Of a DNA stretch of 33,986 bases, positions 1 to 8,233 are shown piece after piece. The notes under the pieces were generated by a model. That model did no database searches, had not been told where the DNA came from, and saw only the letters and a program-made list of their open reading frames with translations. Both the position numbers and the translations under genes were made by a program. The stretch comes from an uncultured Candidatus Saccharibacteria bacterium (GTDB lineage Bacteria > Patescibacteriota > Minisyncoccia > Phycocordibacterales > VMEP01), in NCBI GenBank assembly GCA_964364185.1, contig CAYIKU010000001.1, positions 19,258-53,243 of the forward strand, read 5' to 3'. Each line of letters begins with the position of its first letter. The first letter of the stretch is position 1.

Positions 1-150
1 TAAAACCATGACGACCGCTGTGATAGAGGCGACAACATAAGCAGAAAATCCCGCATATACAAGGTTTTCAGTAAGCATAAGTGTGAATATCAACACAATC
101 AATTGCGTTGCAAAAATACCAGTGTTTATTAACCAAATATTCTTCAACAT
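1..150 (-). CDS. Partial membrane protein, N-terminal 50 codons only (gene runs off the window start)
   Basis: Minus-strand ATG at 148-150 with GGAG 8 nt upstream (RC of 159-162). Translation MLKNIWLINTGIFATQLIVLIFTLMLTENLVYAGFSAYVVASITAVVMVL is almost entirely hydrophobic. Absent from the ORF track because it is truncated. Confidence 0.55.
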   Translation of the reverse strand, partial: MLKNIWLINTGIFATQLIVLIFTLMLTENLVYAGFSAYVVASITAVVMVL

Positions 151-230
151 GATGATATCTCCTTCAACGGCAGTTGAAGGGTTATTTGCGGAGAACTTAA
201 CTGATTTATTTATAACAAATCAATTCTAAT

Positions 231-259
231 TTGTCAAACACTTTACGAAGCACTATAAA
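231..259 (+). promoter_or_regulatory. Sigma70-like promoter for greA (TTGTCA-17 nt-TATAAA)
   Basis: TTGTCA at 231-236, a 17-nt spacer, TATAAA at 254-259. This leaves a leader of about 155 nt before the greA ATG at 422. Confidence 0.45.
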
Positions 260-276
260 ATGCTATACTTTTTCCA

Positions 277-421
277 CTACGGTTTCGTTTTATAAACTTC
301 TAATGAAACTTGTCCCGTTAGAAGTTTAAGATTAAGGGAAAGATACCGCGAATGAAACCGTAGGGTGTTTCGCGATTGAAAATTTATTAAAATTAAACAA
401 GTTATATGAACTTCTAACAGG
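277..421 (+). promoter_or_regulatory. Structured greA 5' leader with alternative pairings
   Basis: 10-bp outer stem CTACGGTTTC (277-286) / GAAACCGTAG (354-363). 11-bp inner hairpin 293-303 / 318-328. The 9-mer AACTTCTAA occurs twice (295-303 and 409-417, the second just 5' of the ATG), and both copies are complementary to TTAGAAGTT (318-326). Confidence 0.4.
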
Positions 422-877
422 ATGGAATACTTAAGCGCGGAAAAACGAAAAGAATTGGAGAAAGAATTGGTACATCTAAAAACAGTAAGGCGCAAGGAGG
501 TTGCTGATGGTTTGGAATTCGCTAAATCATTGGGAGACCTTTCGGAAAACGCCGAATATATTCAAGCGCGCGAAGACCAGGCGGGGATTGAAGAACGCAT
601 CACTAAACTTGAACAAATTTTGAAGGGAGCGGTAACTGTTTCCAAGCACCATTCAAATGCGGTTGAAGTCGGTTCAACAGTAGTGGTGGAAAAAAGGGGC
701 GGTTCCGGAAATCAAAAATTTCAAATTGTCGGTTCCGAAGAAGTGGATATGGCTTCCGGTAAAATTTCCAATACTTCGCCTTTGGGTATGGCTTTATACG
801 GTAAGAAAAAAGGAGATATGGCGACCTTCAAAAGCCCTAAAGGAATAGTCGAATATACTATCGTTGAAATCGAGTAA
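422..877 (+). CDS. greA: Transcription elongation factor GreA
   Basis: 151 aa. N-terminal coiled-coil (EKRKELEKELVHLK..., LSENAEY) and a C-terminal domain with ISNTSPLGMALYGKKKGD, typical of the GreA/GreB family. Confidence 0.9.
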   Translation: MEYLSAEKRKELEKELVHLKTVRRKEVADGLEFAKSLGDLSENAEYIQAREDQAGIEERITKLEQILKGAVTVSKHHSNAVEVGSTVVVEKRGGSGNQKFQIVGSEEVDMASGKISNTSPLGMALYGKKKGDMATFKSPKGIVEYTIVEIE

Positions 878-951
878 TTCCAATTTTTAATTTCCCGTTT
901 TTTTTCACTCAATTCCTAATAACTAAAAACTATTAACTAACAACTAACCCG

Positions 952-2421
952 ATGGCTTCATTAGAAGAACTGCGGAGCGAGCGTTTGAAAAAATTAGAAA
1001 TACTTAAGGGGAGAGAGATGAACGCTTATCCCATTGAGACAGAATGCGACACGACGCTTTTTGAAGCAAGCACTTCATTTCCAAAACTTTCAAAAAAGAA
1101 GAAGGGGATTTCTCTCGTCGGGCGCGTTACTGCGCTTCGCGGGCAAGGAGCACTCGTATTTTTTAATTTTTTTGACGGTACGGGAACTTTTCAAGGCCTT
1201 CTGAAAAAAGACGAAATGGACGAGAAAACATTTTCTCTTTTTGAAAATACGGTTGATATAGGTGATTTTGTAGAAGTTCGCGGAATGCTTTTTATGACAA
1301 AGCGGAAAGAAAAAACAATTCTTGTCCGTGAATGGAAAATGCTTGCTAAAAGTTTGCGCCCCTTACCCGACAAATGGCACGGGCTTCAGGATATTGAAGA
1401 AAGGTTCAGAAAACGCTATCTGGACACATTAATGTCTCCGGAAATAAGGGTTCGGTTTGTCACACGCGCCTCCATCATTGCTTCGCTTCGCGAGTATTTG
1501 AACAAAGAAAATTTTCTTGAAGTTGAGACGCCGATTCTTCAGACTCTACCGGGGGGTGCCCTGGCAGAGCCGTTCAAAACGCACCATCAAGCGCTCGGTA
1601 TGGATTTATATCTTCGTATCGCGCCGGAACTTTATCTGAAAAAACTCTTGGTGGGCGGATTTTCAAAAGTATACGAACTTTCCCGAAACTTCAGAAATGA
1701 AGGCATTGATGTTACTCATAATCCTGAATTTACCATGCTTGAATATTATGAGGCCTACAGCGACGCGACAAAACAAATGGAATTCGCGGAAAAAATGCTT
1801 CGTGCTGTTGTAAAAAAAATATTTCCAAAGGGAATTGCGCAGTACGACGGAAACACGGTTGATTTTTCCAAAAAATTCACCCGTATTACATTTTTTGACC
1901 TCCTAAAACGCTACGCCCTGATTTCGCACCCGGGCGACGCGACACGGCAAGAATTGACGCATAAGGCAAACCAGCTCGCCGTAGAATTGAAACCAACCGA
2001 TTCACTGGAAAAGATAATGGATAACATTTTTAAAAAAGTTTGCCGTCCGCGTTTGATACAGCCGACATTTATAACCGATTACCCCGTGGCATTTTCTCCG
2101 TTCGCCAAAAGAAAAGAAAATGATAAAAATTTTATTGACCGTTTCCAGTTGATAGCTGGCGGAATTGAATTGGTAAACGCCTTCTCCGAATTAAACGATC
2201 CTATTGACCAGCGTGAGCGATACGATGAACAAGAAAAAAGGAGAAGGGGGGGAGAGAAAGATATTTCTCCGTCCGATGAAGAGTATATTGAGGCAATGGA
2301 ATACGGTATGCCTCCAGCTGGCGGTGTCGGCATGGGAGTTGACCGGCTAGTAATGCTTCTTACTGATTCAAAAAATATAAAAGAAGTTATTTTGTTCCCG
2401 ACAATGAAGCCGAGGGATTAA
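952..2421 (+). CDS. lysS: Lysine--tRNA ligase (class II)
   Basis: 489 aa. N-terminal OB-fold region, SRNFRNEGID (motif 2 region), GGVGMGVDRLVMLL (motif 3 region). Overall LysRS class II layout. Confidence 0.93.
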   Translation: MASLEELRSERLKKLEILKGREMNAYPIETECDTTLFEASTSFPKLSKKKKGISLVGRVTALRGQGALVFFNFFDGTGTFQGLLKKDEMDEKTFSLFENTVDIGDFVEVRGMLFMTKRKEKTILVREWKMLAKSLRPLPDKWHGLQDIEERFRKRYLDTLMSPEIRVRFVTRASIIASLREYLNKENFLEVETPILQTLPGGALAEPFKTHHQALGMDLYLRIAPELYLKKLLVGGFSKVYELSRNFRNEGIDVTHNPEFTMLEYYEAYSDATKQMEFAEKMLRAVVKKIFPKGIAQYDGNTVDFSKKFTRITFFDLLKRYALISHPGDATRQELTHKANQLAVELKPTDSLEKIMDNIFKKVCRPRLIQPTFITDYPVAFSPFAKRKENDKNFIDRFQLIAGGIELVNAFSELNDPIDQRERYDEQEKRRRGGEKDISPSDEEYIEAMEYGMPPAGGVGMGVDRLVMLLTDSKNIKEVILFPTMKPRD

Positions 2422-2600
2422 ACAGGAATTAGCTGATAGGAGTTAGGAAGATAGCTTTAAAAAATCTAGAAATATTCTTATTATCCTATTCGCACGAATG
2501 GTACCATAAGGAATAGTTTGAAAAATAAAAAAGCCACATATCAGTTCTTTAACGTGGCTTTAAGGGTTGGTTGATAGAAAATAGAAAATTAGATAAATAA

Positions 2601-2637
2601 AAACGGGTAGTCCTAGAAGGACTGCCCGTTTGGTTTA
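2601..2637 (+). terminator. Hairpin terminator downstream of lysS (possibly bidirectional)
   Basis: 13-bp stem AAACGGGTAGTCC (2601-2613) / GGACTGCCCGTTT (2619-2631) with one G-U pair. Followed by GGTTT and preceded by an A-run. Confidence 0.5.
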
Positions 2638-2727
2638 CGGATAAACCACCGGTATTTTTTCTAATCCTATCTCCTAATAAACTAACTCCTGCCCCATGTG
2701 GATAACTTTTACTATACAATGGCAGTA

Positions 2728-2765
2728 AGTGGAATATAATGGGAAGCAGTGGAATGAAGTGGAAA
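2728..2765 (+). promoter_or_regulatory. Putative MraZ operator: four direct repeats phased at 10 bp, overlapping a TATAAT box
   Basis: AGTGGAAT at 2728-2735, degenerate AATGGGAA at 2738-2745, AGTGGAAT at 2748-2755, AGTGGAAA at 2758-2765. TATAAT at 2735-2740. Lies 65-100 nt upstream of the mraZ ATG. Confidence 0.6.
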
Positions 2766-2829
2766 ATTTAGAAAGCTAGCCCCACATCGCCACGCCCGCT
2801 TTTTTGCCAGAGCGGAAAAAGTTATTTGT

Positions 2830-3264
2830 ATGCTAATAGGCGAGTATGTCCATACATTGGACGATAAAAAAAGGGTATCGTTGCCCGCCAAATTCCGCCG
2901 CGAGGTTGGAAAAAAGGTGGTCATCACCAACGGGCTTGATAAATGCCTTTTTGTGTACACCATGCCTCAATGGGAAAAACTCGCCCAAAAACTATCCGAG
3001 CTCTCGCTCGGACGCGGAGACACGCGAGGGTTTTCGCGCTTTATGCTGGCAAGCGCTTATGAAACCGAGGTTGATTTGCTCGGTCGCGTGCTTATTCCCG
3101 ATTCTCTTAAAGAGTTCGCGGAATTAAAGCAAAAGGTCGTCATTGCCGGCGTTTACGGTCGTATTGAAATTTGGAACGAGAAAAGTTGGCAGAAATACAA
3201 AGCCAATATCGGCAAAGGGGCGGACGATATGGCGGAAAAATTGGGGGAGATAGGAGCGGTTTAG
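2830..3264 (+). CDS. mraZ: Transcriptional regulator MraZ
   Basis: 144 aa. Two SpoVT/AbrB-like repeats with DxxxR-type motifs (LDDKKRVSLP, VDLLGRVLIP). First gene of a dcw-type cluster. Confidence 0.9.
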   Translation: MLIGEYVHTLDDKKRVSLPAKFRREVGKKVVITNGLDKCLFVYTMPQWEKLAQKLSELSLGRGDTRGFSRFMLASAYETEVDLLGRVLIPDSLKEFAELKQKVVIAGVYGRIEIWNEKSWQKYKANIGKGADDMAEKLGEIGAV

Positions 3265-3323
3265 AAAAATAAGGAGTATGACGACTATGTTTTTCTAAAA
3301 TCGCTTTGCTCGCTAAGAAAATC

Positions 3324-4214
3324 ATGCATATTCCTGTTCTTTTACATGAAGTAATGGAAGGACTTAATCCCAAGCGCGGAGAGACCGTTTTAGACGGTAC
3401 GGTTGGCGGTGGTGGGCACGCGGGGGCGCTTCTTGGGGCCATAGGCCCCAAGGGAACGTTCATCGGACTCGACCTAGACGAAGAGGCGATTTTGCGGGTT
3501 AGAAAAAAAATAAAAAATATACCCGGCAAAAAAATTCTCGTGCGTGAAAATTTCAGAAATTTGAACAGCGCGCTTAAGAGAAAAAAAATCTCGCGGGTGA
3601 ACAAAATTTTATTTGATCTCGGATTAAGTTCTTACCAAATTGAATCGTCAAAAAGAGGATTTTCTTTTCTTCGCGATGAACCGCTTGGTATGACGTTTGG
3701 TAAAAATAAAAAAAGATATATTTTTACTGCTTACGAAATCGTGAACGAGTGGGAAGAAAATAATTTAAAAGAAATAATTTTTCATTATGGCGAAGAAAAA
3801 TTTGCTGGTCGCATTGCAAGAGCCATCGTAAATGCGAGAAAGGACGGAAAAATTAAAACGTCTGGAGTACTTGCGGAAATAATAAAAAGCGCAGTACCGG
3901 GATGGTATAGAAGAGGACGGATTCATCCGGCAACGAAAACATTTCAAGCCATTCGTATCGCGGTGAATGACGAGCTAGGCGCGCTCAAAGACGGTCTCGT
4001 TAACGGAACTGATGCCCTCGCGCCGAAAGGAAAAATCGCGGTCATAGCATTTCATAGTTTGGAAGATAGAATCGTTAAACAATTTTTTAAAGAAAAAGAA
4101 AAAGAAGGGATACTCACAATTTTAACAAAAAAACCAATTATCCCCGAAGAAAGTGAAATTATTAAAAACCCGCGCGCTCGTAGTGCCAAATTACGAATAG
4201 CACAGAAATTATAA
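3324..4214 (+). CDS. rsmH: 16S rRNA (cytosine1402-N4)-methyltransferase RsmH
   Basis: MHIPVLLHEV start, DGTVGGGGH SAM-binding loop, FDLGLSSYQ, FHSLEDRIVK, NPRARSAKLR. The ORF is open from a TTG at 3306. ATG at 3324 is preferred. Confidence 0.9.
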   Translation: MHIPVLLHEVMEGLNPKRGETVLDGTVGGGGHAGALLGAIGPKGTFIGLDLDEEAILRVRKKIKNIPGKKILVRENFRNLNSALKRKKISRVNKILFDLGLSSYQIESSKRGFSFLRDEPLGMTFGKNKKRYIFTAYEIVNEWEENNLKEIIFHYGEEKFAGRIARAIVNARKDGKIKTSGVLAEIIKSAVPGWYRRGRIHPATKTFQAIRIAVNDELGALKDGLVNGTDALAPKGKIAVIAFHSLEDRIVKQFFKEKEKEGILTILTKKPIIPEESEIIKNPRARSAKLRIAQKL

Positions 4215-4219
4215 ACAAT

Positions 4220-4561
4220 ATGACAGAACAAATTTTACAACTCAATAACGAATTTATCGGCAATAATTCCAGAAAAAGCCTATTTTTAGGACTTGCGGGA
4301 TCGCTTGCGTTTATGTTTATAATTTACAGTTATCTTGTCGGCTCAATCATTTTTACGTTTGTGGAAAAAAAACAGCTTGAAGTCGATATGAGAGATTATA
4401 AAAACGCCATCGGAACGCTTGAGGTGGAATATTTAAAATTGGCAAGCGGTATTACTTTAAATAAATCAAAAGAGCTCGGTTTTCAGGAAGCAACCGATCA
4501 AATATTTATTTCCCGCAAGGGAAGCGTGAAAGCACTTTCATTCCGCGGCGATGAAATTTGA
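4220..4561 (+). CDS. Small single-pass membrane protein in the FtsL position of the dcw cluster
   Basis: 113 aa with one TM segment (LFLGLAGSLAFMFIIYSYLVGSIIFTFV) followed by a coiled-coil-like region. Its position between rsmH and ftsI suggests an FtsL analogue. Overlaps the next gene by 11 nt. Confidence 0.55.
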   Translation: MTEQILQLNNEFIGNNSRKSLFLGLAGSLAFMFIIYSYLVGSIIFTFVEKKQLEVDMRDYKNAIGTLEVEYLKLASGITLNKSKELGFQEATDQIFISRKGSVKALSFRGDEI

Positions 4562-6266
4562 TGGCATATCCCGAATTAGGTTTCTATCTCTTTTTATAGC
4601 GCTTTTTGTCTTGATTATCATATCAAGACTTTTTTATATCCAGATAATTCACGGAAGCGAGTATAGCGAATTGGCAGACAGACAATACGCTACGCCCTTG
4701 GCGCGCATTTTCGAGCGCGGGGCGATTTTTTTTAAGGAAAAAGGGGGAGAGCTTGCGTCTGCCGCGACGCTTAATTCCGGATACATCGTTTCTATTAATC
4801 CTTCAAAAATAGATAATCCTGAAAAAATATATGAAAGCATAAATACCATAACGCCGATTAACCTTGATGAATTCCTGGAAAAAACGGGAAAGAAAAAAGA
4901 CCCATACGAAGAAATTGCGCACCGTGTCGGAAAAGAAGAGGCGGATAAAATAACCGCGCTTAAATTTTCCGGGGTAAGTATTCAAAAAGAAAAGTGGCGT
5001 TTTTACCCGGGGGGCGAAACGGCGGCGCGCATTATCGGTTTTGTCGGCTACAATAATGATAATAAATTTCAGGGCCGTTACGGCATTGAGCGATATTACG
5101 AAGATATCCTGTCACGCCAAGAAAACAATTTGTATATAAATTTTTTCGCGGAAGTATTTTCCGATTTGGGTAGGGGTATATTTAACGAAAACAAACGCGA
5201 AGGCGATATTATTCTCACTATTGAACCGGAAGTAGAAAGGGCGCTCCACGAAGAACTCAAGGGGGTACTAAAAGATTTCAGTTCCGATCTTGCCGGCGGT
5301 ATAATCATCAATCCAAAAACCGGCGCGATTTACGCCATGGAAGTTTTACCCGGCTTTGACCCAAACAATGTGCGCGCGGTAAAAAGCAATTCACTCTTAA
5401 ATAATCCCTTGGTTGAAAATGTTTATGAAATGGGTTCAATTATAAAACCACTCACCATGGCGGCGGGGCTTGATGCGGGAGTTATAACCGCTAAGACTAC
5501 TTATTACGACAGCGGATTTGTCGTTTTAAATAATGCAAAAATAAGTAATTTTGACGGCAAGGGCAGGGGTACTGTGCCAATGCAAGAAGTGCTGAATCAA
5601 TCACTCAATACCGGCATGGTATATGTCCAGCAAAAATTAGGCCGTGAAAAATTCCGCGACTATATGCTTAATTACGGACTAGGTATTGAAACGGGAATTG
5701 ATCTTCCTGGCGAAATTTCCGGACTGGTTAAAAATTTGGAAAGCGACAGAGATATTGAATATGCGACGGCATCATTCGGGCAAGGTATCGCCATGACGCC
5801 GATCGGAACCGTGCGCGCGCTTTCTGTTCTTGCCAATGGTGGAAAATTAATAGAACCGCATCTTATAGACTCCATTGATTATAGAGGCGGATTTTCTCGA
5901 AAACCATCGTATACTACAGAAGGAGAACAAATAATTTCTAATAAAGCATCCGAAGAAATTACCAGAATGTTAGTTTTGGTCGTAGACAATGCACTTTTGG
6001 GGGGGACTGTTAAAATTCCGGAATATAGCGTAGCCGCTAAAACCGGAACCGCCCAGATTTCGGAAGAAAATGGAAAGGGATATTATAAAGATCAATTTCT
6101 TCATTCATTCTTTGGTTATTTCCCGGCGTATGACCCGCAATTTCTCGTGTTTCTTTACACAGTGAATCCCAGAGGAGTTTCTTTTGCTTCTCATACTCTC
6201 ACTTATCCTTTTATTCGCCTGACAAAGTTCCTTCTTAATTATTACGAGATTCCGCCGGATAGATGA
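4551..6266 (+). CDS. ftsI: Penicillin-binding protein 2/FtsI-type peptidoglycan transpeptidase
   Basis: 571 aa. N-terminal TM anchor, SxxK (SIIKP), SxN (SLN) and KTG (KTGTA) transpeptidase motifs. Confidence 0.88.
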   Translation: MKFDGISRIRFLSLFIALFVLIIISRLFYIQIIHGSEYSELADRQYATPLARIFERGAIFFKEKGGELASAATLNSGYIVSINPSKIDNPEKIYESINTITPINLDEFLEKTGKKKDPYEEIAHRVGKEEADKITALKFSGVSIQKEKWRFYPGGETAARIIGFVGYNNDNKFQGRYGIERYYEDILSRQENNLYINFFAEVFSDLGRGIFNENKREGDIILTIEPEVERALHEELKGVLKDFSSDLAGGIIINPKTGAIYAMEVLPGFDPNNVRAVKSNSLLNNPLVENVYEMGSIIKPLTMAAGLDAGVITAKTTYYDSGFVVLNNAKISNFDGKGRGTVPMQEVLNQSLNTGMVYVQQKLGREKFRDYMLNYGLGIETGIDLPGEISGLVKNLESDRDIEYATASFGQGIAMTPIGTVRALSVLANGGKLIEPHLIDSIDYRGGFSRKPSYTTEGEQIISNKASEEITRMLVLVVDNALLGGTVKIPEYSVAAKTGTAQISEENGKGYYKDQFLHSFFGYFPAYDPQFLVFLYTVNPRGVSFASHTLTYPFIRLTKFLLNYYEIPPDR

Positions 6267-6298
6267 AACTAGTTTATAATCCATAAACTTAAATCATT

Positions 6299-7594
6299 AT
6301 GTTAAAACAAATACTAAAATATATTCTTATTGCGTTACTCACTCTTCTTGCGCGCATAACGCTTAGAAAATACAAGCCAAAAATAATTGCCGTAGCTGGT
6401 AGTGTTGGCAAGACTTCAACAAAAGATGCGATTTACACTGTTTTAAACAGCTCTCTTTTAGTCTGGAAAAGCGAGAAAAGTTATAACAGCGAAATCGGCA
6501 TTCCTCTAGCCATACTCGGCCTGGAAAATGCCTGGGAAAATCCCGTTAAGTGGTTATTTAATATCGTACACGCATTACAACTCGTTGTTTTTAATAAAAA
6601 ATACCCGCGCTATCTTGTTCTTGAGGTTGGCGCTGACAGGCCGAACGATATCGCGTGCATTGTTTCGTGGCTTAAACCAGATATTTCTGTAATTACTAGT
6701 TTTGGGTATGTTCCTGTACATATTGAGTTTTTTAAAAATCGCGACGAGCTCATCAAAGAGGATGGAAAAATAGCGGAAACGTTGAAAGAAAAGGGGGTTC
6801 TTATCGTCAACCGGGACGATGAAGACTCTCTGTCGTTTAAAACAAAAACAAAAGCCCGCGCCATATCATACGGATTTAAAGAAAACGCAACCATTGTCTC
6901 TTCTAATTCAAAGATTATGTATGACGATGTCGGCGTTCCCTTGGGAATAACATACAAAATAGAGTACGAAGGGAATATCATACCTGTGCGCCTAGAAGGA
7001 GTGCTCGGTAATACTTCCGTGTATGCGACGCTCCCGGCACTTCTAGTCGGATGCGAATGCGGAATAAATATTGTGGAAGGAATTGAGGCTCTTAATAAAC
7101 ATAAATCTCCGCCGGGACGCCTACGTATAATTAAAGGAATAAAAAATACGATTATCATTGACGATACATATAATTCTTCGCCTATAGCGACAGAAGAAGC
7201 ACTTAGGGTTTTGAAAGAATTGCGCGTTTCCAATAGAAAAATAGCGGTACTTGGCGACATGCTGGAGCTGGGCAGAAATTCGGAAGAAGAACATAAAAAA
7301 ATCGGCGAACGCTCGGCGGGTGTGTGTAATATTTTAGTAACAGTCGGAATTCGCGCGCGCGGAATCGCAGAAGGCGCGCTTTACTTCGGACTGCCAGAAA
7401 AAAATATATTCCAATTTGAAGATGCGATAAGAGCGGGAAAATTTATAGAAGGAGTAATAGAAAAAGGCGATGCTATTTTAGTAAAGGGTTCTCAGTCAAT
7501 GCGCATGGAACGCATTGTTGAAGAAATTATGTCCGAGCCGGAGAAAAAAGAAAAATTACTCGTGAGACAGGATATGGAGTGGAAAAGAAGGTAA
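6299..7594 (+). CDS. murF: UDP-N-acetylmuramoyl-tripeptide--D-alanyl-D-alanine ligase
   Basis: 431 aa. Mur ligase P-loop AVAGSVGKTSTKD, and DDTYNSSP in the position of the MurF DxYNANP motif. Confidence 0.85.
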   Translation: MLKQILKYILIALLTLLARITLRKYKPKIIAVAGSVGKTSTKDAIYTVLNSSLLVWKSEKSYNSEIGIPLAILGLENAWENPVKWLFNIVHALQLVVFNKKYPRYLVLEVGADRPNDIACIVSWLKPDISVITSFGYVPVHIEFFKNRDELIKEDGKIAETLKEKGVLIVNRDDEDSLSFKTKTKARAISYGFKENATIVSSNSKIMYDDVGVPLGITYKIEYEGNIIPVRLEGVLGNTSVYATLPALLVGCECGINIVEGIEALNKHKSPPGRLRIIKGIKNTIIIDDTYNSSPIATEEALRVLKELRVSNRKIAVLGDMLELGRNSEEEHKKIGERSAGVCNILVTVGIRARGIAEGALYFGLPEKNIFQFEDAIRAGKFIEGVIEKGDAILVKGSQSMRMERIVEEIMSEPEKKEKLLVRQDMEWKRR

Positions 7595-7607
7595 CCACAG
7601 AAAAAAC

Positions 7608-7901
7608 ATGACACCGATTGACGGAGAAAAATTAAAACATGATTCTAGCCCGCCTGCCGAAAGACAAGTTAGTCAAAATAAATCGCGTACCGAAAAAATG
7701 CAGGGTGTGGTGACAAAATATATTAAAGGAGAGAGGTCGGGATATTTTCATCATAGTCCTCTAATTACGGACACGGAGAAGGCCTATCGGGAAGAAGGAA
7801 AAGATATTGAGGACCTTAATTTTGAAATACCCGATTGGCGCGAAAAGTTGGCGGAAGCAACCGCCACCTTCAACGGAATCACTGCTTTAAAACATTTTTA
7901 A
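7608..7901 (+). CDS. Hypothetical protein (97 aa, hydrophilic)
   Basis: ORF only, with no recognisable motif and no clear SD. It is followed by a good terminator, which supports expression. Confidence 0.4.
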   Translation: MTPIDGEKLKHDSSPPAERQVSQNKSRTEKMQGVVTKYIKGERSGYFHHSPLITDTEKAYREEGKDIEDLNFEIPDWREKLAEATATFNGITALKHF

Positions 7902-7953
7902 TTCATTTTTTTATTCAGTACGAGGGTTAAAGTATATTGAATTCGGTAGTTGA

Positions 7954-7987
7954 GAAAATAACCGCTTGGACAAAACGGTTATTTTTT
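7954..7987 (+). terminator. Rho-independent terminator ending the dcw-type operon
   Basis: Stem AAAATAACCG (7955-7964) / CGGTTATTTT (7976-7985) running into a T-tract. Confidence 0.7.
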
Positions 7988-8233
7988 ATAACTGCCTAAT
8001 TGAGAACAACTATTATTGTTTGTCAACCTTCTACGAGCTTAAAACATTTGAGATAAAGTTATTTTTTTCGCTTGGGGCGGAAAAAACACGGCAGGTGTTA
8101 GTGTTATCAGGCATATGCTTGCCAAATATCATTTTTCGTTTCAAAGTTTCTTTTCCCCAGATTTTTCTTTACCGTCAGATACTTATCAATATGATATTAT
8201 ATTTATAATTATCAATATAATTATAAATGCGCA

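Noticed and set aside
2846-3127. 93-aa alternative-frame ORF inside mraZ. Similar same-strand overlaps occur at 11766-11969, 17996-18199 and 17244-17504.
   Set aside because: These are embedded in well-supported genes in another frame and have no motifs or translation signals.
6610-7260. 216-aa minus-strand ORF. Similar long antisense ORFs occur at 3140-3604, 9259-9726, 26067-26615, 17086-17580, 22269-22778 and 33238-33537.
   Set aside because: Each lies entirely antisense to, or out of frame with, a gene with strong family motifs (murF, rsmH, nrdJ, S41 peptidase, yqeY, dnaB, MacB permease). Their translations are low-complexity Ser/Pro/Arg-rich shadow products.
7966-8208. 80-aa ORF in the spacer upstream of nrdJ
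   Set aside because: It starts inside the terminator hairpin of the upstream operon and runs through AT-rich promoter-like DNA. The translation is Phe/Leu/Ile-rich noise with no RBS.
7902-8233. Cobalamin riboswitch upstream of the B12-dependent RNR and B12 module
   Set aside because: No B12-box-like GC-rich core or multi-stem structure is present. The region is AT-rich and contains only a terminator and promoter-like sequence.
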